From Eledone cirrhosa (Eukaryota), in NCBI GenBank assembly GCA_964016885.1, contig OZ024761.1, positions 26,412,001 to 26,476,000 on the forward strand: 64,000 nt of DNA, read 5' to 3'. This document shows positions 55,328 to 64,000 of this stretch, piece by piece. A program made the position numbers and the translations under genes. Under the pieces are notes generated by a model. That model was not told the DNA's origin. It did not search any database and was given only the letters and a program-made list of their open reading frames with translations. Each line of letters starts with the position of its first letter. Position 1 is the stretch's first letter.

Positions 55328-56195
55328 GAGGTGGGTCAGAAAAGTTCCAGGACTGATGTCACAAAAGATTTATTTCAAACCCAAACTTCACACTAAGAGT
55401 TTTCTCCTTCAAAGTAATCCCCCTGGAGTCTAATTCACTTTTCCATCCTTTTCTGCCACACTTGCATGCACTCCTGGAAGGATTCTTCGTCGTGACGGCC
55501 TTTTTGATGTCGTCTATGTCTTCAAAACGGGTCCCCTCTGGGTGGTACTCGAAGATCCATGACTCATCACCGGTGATGACTGTCCCTAGCAAGTCTGGTT
55601 CGGTTTCAAGACGCTCGATGATGTCCTGGCACACTTGCATGCGTAGACCCTTCTGGTCATCGTTCAGCAGTTTTGGCACCATCTTCGCGCAGACTTTCCG
55701 CATGTCCAAATCTTCAGTGAGAATCTCCCAGACGCTGTCCCGATTCATGCCCAGCTCATTTGCCATCAGTCGAACAGTCAGCCGACGATCGCTACGCACC
55801 ATCTGCCTGACGCGCTCAACGTTGACCTCAGTCCTGGTTGTTGAGGGCCTTCCGCTCCTGGGGTCATCTTGTACCACTCAAAAACACATGAGCGTGACAT
55901 CGTCTCATCTCCATACACTTGCTGCAGCAATCCCAGTGCTTCTGACGGAGTTTTCCCCAACAGTACCAGAAACTTCAAGTTTGTTCGTTGCTCTGTCTTC
56001 ATTGCTTGACGACCTGAAACAGAGGACATGTATATAAAATTATGAAGAAAAAAGTTTGATCGCTGCAGAGAGCTAAGATTACAGTTACATACTCCAAGGG
56101 GATTACTTTGAAAGAGAAAAGTATTAGTGTGAAGTTTGGGTTTGAAATAAATCTTTTGTGACATCAGTCCTGGAACTTTTCTGACACACCTCGTA
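55325..56195 (-). mobile_element. Internally deleted mariner transposon with about 100-bp TIRs and TA target duplication
   Basis: TIR cgaggtg(g/t)gtcagaaaagttccaggactgatgtcacaaaagatttatttcaaacccaaacttcacactaa at both ends; transposase from ATG at 56002: MKTEQRTNLKFLVLLGKT..DDPRSGRPST..KVCAKMVPKLL..VITGDESWIFEYHPE, fused directly to GTRFEDIDDIK. Confidence 0.92.
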
Positions 56196-56535
56196 TATAT
56201 AGATATATGCGCTCAAATCACAAGGGGCGCAATCCGCCAGCGTGAAGAGAATACTGACTACAGATAATACGGTTCACAATACTCAATTAAAAGGATAAAC
56301 TAAGATTTAGAAACGGATTATGTTAGCTATCAACATCCAGACATCTTTGGCTATATCTGTTTTACAATTCAGTGAACAGAGATAAAGCTCAAATTGCGTC
56401 CCAGTGATTTGAACGCATATATGTATATGTGTGTGTCCGTCTCTCTTTATTGTATTATATATATATATATCGATGTAGATAGATAGATAATATATATATA
56501 TATATATATATACAGAGAGAGAGAGAGAAAGATAA

Positions 56536-56595
<60 letters not shown>

Positions 56596-57020
56596 TATAA
56601 TATATATATAGAGAGAGAGAGATAATATATAATATATATATAGAGAGAGAGAGAAAGAGAGATAATATAAAATATATATATATATAGAGAGAGAGAGATA
56701 ATATATATATAGAGAGAGAGAGAGAGATAATATAATATATATATATAGAGAGAGAGAGATATAATATATAATATATATATATAGAGAGAGATAATATATA
56801 ATATATATAGAGAGAGAGATAGATAATATATAATATATATATAAAGAGAGATAGATAATATATAATATATATATATAGAGAGATAGATAATATATAATAT
56901 ATATATAGAGAGAGATAGATAATATATAATATATATATAAAGAGAGAGATAGATAATATATAATATATATATAGAGAGAGATAGATAATATATATATATA
57001 AAGAGAGATAGATAATATAT

Positions 57021-57054
<34 letters not shown>

Positions 57055-57392
57055 TAATATATAATATATATATATATAGAGAGAGAGAGATATATAATAT
57101 ATAATATATATATATATATAGAGAGAGAGAGGGATAATATATAATATATATATATATAGGTAATATATAATATATATATAAAGATAATATATAATATATA
57201 TATATAGGTAGATAATATATATATATGTGTCTCTTATAAAATAATACAACCGATTATCCACACATTACAATATAGTTACCGCCCAAACCTATAAGTGGGA
57301 ATATACTTAGGTATTTCCTAATGTTTGTTGAATGAGTTCGAAGTTGGTCGGAGTATCGCTAATAGCTTTCTCTGATAATGTATTAAGTATAC

Positions 57393-57464
<72 letters not shown>

Positions 57465-57485
57465 ATATATATATATATATATATA

Positions 57486-57945
<460 letters not shown>

Positions 57946-58072
57946 TAGATAGATAATATATATATATATTTTATCTGGTGATTCTATAGACATGTTTTAT
58001 GATATATAGCTCTGATTATTTAATTTATTAACTTTTCATTGAGCCACAAAGTGACCCGTTGCAAAACACGTA

Positions 58073-58103
<31 letters not shown>

Positions 58104-58109
58104 CTTTAG

Positions 58110-58142
<33 letters not shown>

Positions 58143-58189
58143 TAGTATAATATATATATATATAGATATATAATATAGATAGATAGATA

Positions 58190-58221
<32 letters not shown>

Positions 58222-58553
58222 GGGGGGGAGGTAATATATAATATATATGTATAGATAGATAGATTATATATATATAGAGAGAGAGAGAGTGAGAGAGAGA
58301 GAGAGAGAGTGAGAGAGATAAAGGGAGAGCTAATATATATATAGTAAACTAGAAGCCGAGTTAGGATCCTATAATGGAAGAATACAGTTGTATAATTCAT
58401 GGCAAAATATCGTCTTACCTGCCTGGAAAATTATTCAAAGAATAAAAAATAAATTAGGAACTTAATAAAAAATAAATAAAAAATAGAATCGGAATAAATA
58501 AAATAGAATCTTCATCTACGTATATAACAATATATTCTTTGTTTCTGGCTTTC

Positions 58554-58592
<39 letters not shown>

Positions 58593-58788
58593 TATATATA
58601 TATTTATATATTTATAATGTGTGTGGTTGTGTATATATATAGTATATATATATATATGTGTGTATAATATATGTATGTATATAATATATGTATGTGTGTA
58701 TAATATATATGTGTGTGTGTTTATATATGTGCGTGTGTGATAATATAATATTTGTGTGCGTGTGTTTAATATAGCTATATATTATGTG

Positions 58789-58834
<46 letters not shown>

Positions 58835-58919
58835 ATTATGTATGTATGTGGGTATGAGTGTGTGTGCATATGCCACTAACATAGCGTGATGCCTCCATAT
58901 ACTAATATATCAATATATA

Positions 58920-59013
<94 letters not shown>

Positions 59014-59044
59014 TAAATATATATATAAATATATATATATATAG

Positions 59045-59128
<84 letters not shown>

Positions 59129-59339
59129 GAAATCTGGCCAAAAATGAAACATGAATATATGAAATATTTCGTTAGATCTCCCATGAGATATCAAATATGG
59201 CAGCCGGACCGCCAGTGTTTTAAAGGAAGCCATATTTGATTAGTAGTGAGAATAGTGAAACCTTCGAAATGAAATGTATTACCAATGAACTATCTCTTAC
59301 TTGCATTTATTTTCAGACAAAGAGAAAAAAAAATACATG

Positions 59340-59346
59340 GTGGTGA

Positions 59347-59391
<45 letters not shown>

Positions 59392-59594
59392 AACTACTCA
59401 TATTGGTAGTAATAATAGAAATACTACTTATGGTGGTAGTAGTAGTAGTACTATTGGTAGTAGTACTATTATTGTTAGTAATGATAGCAGCAATACAGGT
59501 AGTAGTAGTAGTAGTATTGGTACTAATACTAGAAATACTAGTAGTGGTAGAAGTACTAATATCGGTAGTAATAATAGAAGAAATAATAGTAGTG

Positions 59595-59627
<33 letters not shown>

Positions 59628-59730
59628 CTAGTATTGGTAGTAATAATAAAAGAAATAGTAGTAGTAGTAGTAGTTGTTGTTGTAGCAGTACTACTATTGG
59701 TAGTAATAGATGAGGTAGAAGTTGTAGTAG
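59340..59730. repeat. (TAG)n-rich compound repeat
   Basis: Directly visible. Confidence 0.9.
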
Positions 59731-59921
59731 AATGTTTTGTTAAAAGCAATCTACAGTAGAGATAAAATAAGAATGTGAAATTTTGGTTTTAAGAACCAGA
59801 GAGAATATATTTGGTATATATTTATTTTGATATTTGTATTCTGTTGGTGATATTTATTTTTTGCTGAATTTTGTAGAGAGAATTTCTATGTGATATATAT
59901 ATATTGCGAAACGACCATTAT

Positions 59922-60200
59922 TTCTCGACTCGGACGTGACTATCCGCCGAACTTAAGCATATCGCTAAGCGGAAGGAAAAAAACCCACCAGGATTCCCTT
60001 AGTAACGGTGAATGAGCCGGGGGGAGCGAAACGCTGAATCTCGTCGTCCGCAAATACGTTGTCGAGAGCTGTGGCGCAAAAGCCGCACACAGTCATTCGT
60101 TTCACCCGGCTAGGTTCGGAGTCCCTCGATCGGGGCTACCCAAATCGGGTGGCAGGCCCATTCGGAGCCGGCGGTGATAGACAGTGCTCTTTGGCCCGAG
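59922..60200 (+). rRNA. Isolated, degenerate 5' fragment of 28S rRNA (pseudogene)
   Basis: TCGGACGTGACTATCCGCCGAACTTAAGCATATCGCTAAGCGGAAGGAAAAAAACCCACCAGGATTCCCTTAGTAACGGTGAATGA matches the conserved LSU start ACCCGCTGAATTTAAGCATAT...GCGGAGGAAAAGAAAC...GGATTCCCT.AGTAACGGCGAGTGA with many substitutions; no 5.8S or 18S nearby. Confidence 0.85.
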
Positions 60201-61295
60201 AGGAACAACTGGAAAACTAGTTGTCGTCGGAACTGCAACAACAACAACAATAATAGTTTGTGATTTTGTCACAAGGCCAAATATTTTGTCGGGTGGAAGA
60301 GAAAGTTAATTAAATCGATCCTAGTACGTTACTGGTACTTTATTTTATCGACCCCGTAATGGTGAAAAGCAAAGATAACTCTTAACGTAAAAGGCTGTAA
60401 GTAAATGCCGCAAAGCCTTTTGTCCGACGCGCTACCAATATTGCTAACAACAATAACAACAATAATAGCACATGTTTAAGTACAAACTTTTCAAAATTCA
60501 CCTTGCTAAATTGTACATTTTTATTCGTTTTTATGTTCGCTATAAAAGGGAACCCACAATATATACCATAATCAGAACATGGTGAATATTTTGCCGCTTA
60601 AAACTTAGATATCTTTCCAGTACATTGATCATAGTTTTGTTCGGTTTTCCTTCCGGTTGCTTTTGTCAACGTTTACAACTAAACTAGTGTCATTTTGCTT
60701 CAAATAACACTAACACCTTCTATAGAGTTATCTACCTGTTTGCAAGTTATTCAACGCTTTTCTTTTCAAATCAGGGCAAATTATTTTTTTTTTTTCTTTT
60801 TCTATTCTTCGATATGTCCTAGCCGGATTCTTTCTATCTCTTGCTACGGTGTTTTGTGAAGAGCATGAATATTATATTCTTTATCATTGAGGAAACGTTG
60901 GTTCCTGCTGTCAGCCGTTGCGGCCAGCAGATAATATCTGCAATAGAAAGAACATTATAAACGCTGCTTCCTTAGTTTGGTCAAACCGTTGGTTCATTAG
61001 CTTACCTTTTTAGGTGTTCTTAAAAACAAAAAAAAACAAAAATCCGGAGGACAGTTCACTTGTTTTAGTTGTTGTTACTGTCGTTCAACTGTAACTATGT
61101 ATATTAAAATTAAATACTATGTAATGATATATATGATTGTTATGAAGAATTAGCTGGTTTCTCAACTGGATATATCATTGGTAGTTTCCTAGGCCTATCA
61201 TGTTGTTGTTGTTACTGGAACTTGTCAGCCCATGAAACCTAAGATTGCGAAGTATTTGTCGTGTTTACACACACACACACGTATATACAGACGTG

Positions 61296-61362
<67 letters not shown>

Positions 61363-61883
61363 CGTATCGAGAGAGAGAAAAAGGAGAGATAGGTGATACA
61401 TGTAGTAATTTGCCAAATAGCGTATGCAGAATGAACTCTGACGTGAACTTACCTCCAAAAATACTTTCCGGGCCATGTAAGAAACACTTTTTAGTTATTT
61501 ATGCCCTTGACAAGCCCATCCGGGCGAAACGTACGTAGGTGCTGTTTTAAATAAACATGTATTAACGGTCTGTTCTCCTATTTCTTACTTTTCCATGTGT
61601 ATATATATATATATATCATAAATCATGTCCTTAGAATTATTAGATAAAATATATACCATTTCCTCTCCCAATTAGCATAATTAACCATATAAAAAAATCA
61701 ATTAGACCAGGCTATAAGAATAAAGGCTCCTATGAAGAAATATTTTATAAATAACCGAAAGCGGTCACTTCACGGTGACCCCAATAGAGTATTTACCCAA
61801 CATTTCAACAGCATGTAGAAACTGACTAAATATACCGTCAACCATACACAATTAGGTGTAAATTTAAACTTAGAAGAAACATT

Positions 61884-61949
<66 letters not shown>

Positions 61950-62079
61950 AAATGTGTGAGATCCTTGGTAAAGTTAGGTATATTTGAAAAAAAGGAAAAG
62001 AATGACTTCACTTGTAGTGTTAAAAAATGTTTGATTTAATTTTATAATAATATAATATTATGAGTTGGTAGATCTAGTA

Positions 62080-62321
62080 AGTTCTTTGTTAACTTCGGTG
62101 GGAAGAATTTTAGAGATTCCTGGTTAACTTGGGTTGAGGAACTTTCTCGCATTCGTCTATCTGTGACGATTGTCAAACTGAGATCAAGTTGTGTTCACGC
62201 ATTTCAACACATCCTGATCTCAGTTTGACAATCGTCACAGACAAACGAATACGAGAAAGTTCTCCAACCCAAGTTAACTAGGAATCTATAAAATTCTTCC
62301 CACTGAACTTAACAAAGAACT
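62080..62321. repeat. Fold-back element, about 115-bp imperfect arms
   Basis: tctgtgacgattgtcaaactgagatca/tgatctcagtttgacaatcgtcacaga, extending to agttctttgttaa/ttaacaaagaact. Confidence 0.9.
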
Positions 62322-62328
62322 AAATAAA

Positions 62329-62516
62329 GGCGGTGGATTGGCAGTATCGGTAGAGGGTCGGACACCATGCTTTGGAGCAGAGTTACCTCCCTTTATGATC
62401 TGAGTTCAAATCCCGCCGAGCTTAACTTTGCCTTTCATCCTTACGGGGTCGATAAAATAAAGTACTAGTAATGTACTGGGTAATTGCTGGCCTTGTGCCA
62501 AAAGAAGAAACAATTA
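62329..62516 (+). mobile_element. Full-length dominant-family SINE
   Basis: GGCGGTGGATTGGCAGTATCGGTAGAG (A box) ... GAGTTCAAATCCCGCC (B box) ... core ... ATT tail. Confidence 0.85.
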
Positions 62517-62565
62517 TTAGTGAAGTCATTCTTTTCCTTTTTTTCAAATATATATATAAATATAT

Positions 62566-62832
62566 ATATACAATATATTAACAAATGGAAACTATATTTA
62601 TAAAACCATATTTATTTCATTATACATATTTCAAGGGCCAACAGAGCAAACTATGGTGCGTTTTCATCAAATAAAATATAATATAGGTTAGTTTTATAAA
62701 TAAATATTGACATACCCTTGAAAAATGCAACCATTCTGGTTGGAATCTCCTGGATAGTGGCCCTTGAAATATGTATAATGAAATAAATATGGTTTTATAA
62801 ATATAGTTTCCATTTGTTAATATATTGTATAT
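62566..62832. repeat. Fold-back element, about 75-bp perfect arms, with a degenerate hammerhead on the minus strand
   Basis: Arms end in catatttcaagggcca / tggcccttgaaatatg; minus strand TATTTTAT-TTGATGA...GAAA-TATGTA-TA-ATGAAATA. Confidence 0.85.
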
Positions 62833-62920
62833 TTACTCCAATAATTTGTTGAGTGCTTTATATCAGTTATAAAAATATTTTGCTTGTTGTATCCCAACAA
62901 ATTAAATATAACCTCTACAC

Positions 62921-62962
<42 letters not shown>

Positions 62963-63214
62963 TTATGGGTCGTAACGTCCAGTTACTGTAGCTTGACCAG
63001 AGTGAGCGCTATATGCGTGGCATCCAGTAGGTATACTGTTTCAAAGCCCTAAACGGTAATATATGTCATTACCATAACAGAAGTCCGAAGGGTTTTTGAT
63101 TTCAGAGTAGGGCCAGATCGATACAGATTGAACCTTGAGCTGATCAATCGCGAAACGCACGTCGCACCTCAATCAACGTAATGAAGACTTAACACTTCCT
63201 TCCTTTTATTATTA

Positions 63215-63255
<41 letters not shown>

Positions 63256-63298
63256 GACGAAACATAAGTCAATTGCATGAACTTATAATCCTTTAATT

Positions 63299-63354
63299 AC
63301 TGCTATATATATTTCGATGATAGCTATTGAATGGCTATGACCTCATCAGGCAGT
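63299..63354 (-). ncRNA. Minimal type-I hammerhead ribozyme
   Basis: Minus strand ACTGC-CTGATGA-ggtcATAGC..GCTATcatc-GAAA-TATATA-TA-GCAGT. Confidence 0.75.
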
Positions 63355-63413
63355 TAGTCAGTTCTTAGATATGCCAGCTCTGTGTTTATAGTGTTGATGG
63401 TATCAGAGCCTTG

Positions 63414-63450
<37 letters not shown>

Positions 63451-63487
63451 ATTAAATAAATGGAAACTATATTTATAAAACCATATT

Positions 63488-63553
63488 TATTTCGTTATAT
63501 ATATTTCAGGGATATCATATTAACAATATGTTATGCCATCTTCAGACAAAATA
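63488..63553 (-). ncRNA. Minimal type-I hammerhead ribozyme
   Basis: Minus strand TATTTTGT-CTGAAGA-stem II (CATATT/AATATG)-GAAA-TATATA-TA-ACGAAATA. Confidence 0.7.
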
Positions 63554-64000
63554 CAATATAAACAGTCTTATAAATAAATAGATACGACATACCTTTCAAT
63601 CACCTTGCATTTGTGAGGTTGATTTGGCAGTAAAAAATATTGTGGACAGTTGTAAAAAGAAAGAGATAAAGAGAGAAAGAAAGAGAAACGAAGAAAAAGA
63701 AGAAATGTATGTGACTAAATAGAGGGATATAGAAAGATAGATAAAGAGAAGAACTTCATGTAAAGAAACAGAGAGAAATATATATAGAGAGAGGAAAAAA
63801 GAAAGAGATAGATAGAGATAGATAGAGAAATTAGGAAGTTGAGTATCGGTTGATACATTTATTTATTTATTTATTTATTTATTTAGCTCTAGTATTAATG
63901 TAAAGAGATGGTATCCAATGATGTTGACTTGTTGTTCTTTTTGGTAAATATCATCTTGGTTAAGAGAGTGGGACTGGCTTTGTGCAGTGCCTTTGCTCAC

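Overview
Eukaryotic, AT-rich, extremely microsatellite-dense DNA ((TA)n, (CA)n, (GA)n, (TATC)n, (GGT)n). The repeat content looks like a cephalopod (octopus-type) genome; this is an inference. Almost all ORFs in the supplied track are microsatellite artefacts. The only recognisable host gene is a multi-exon, minus-strand HELZ-family (CCCH zinc finger + Upf1-like SF1 RNA helicase) paralogue at about 11.3-18.9 kb. It has canonical splice sites, but also a frameshift, two missing protein blocks, altered helicase motifs and an early stop, so it is a pseudogene or a mis-assembled gene. The rest is mobile DNA: more than 30 copies of a tRNA-headed SINE, remnants of Tx1, CRE, R4/Dong and RTE non-LTR elements, an internally deleted mariner, a probable non-autonomous Helitron, a 28S rRNA 5' fragment, and several young tandem arrays, some built from LINE or SINE pieces. 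The most notable hidden signal is a population of short elements sitting in (TA)n tracts. Five carry intact-looking minimal type-I hammerhead ribozymes of the Penelope-like-element kind, others carry degenerate ones, and many form long fold-back palindromes; one hairpin encloses a tRNA-like sequence. Also notable is a Tx1-type LINE inserted three times at TATC repeats, twice with clear target-site duplications.
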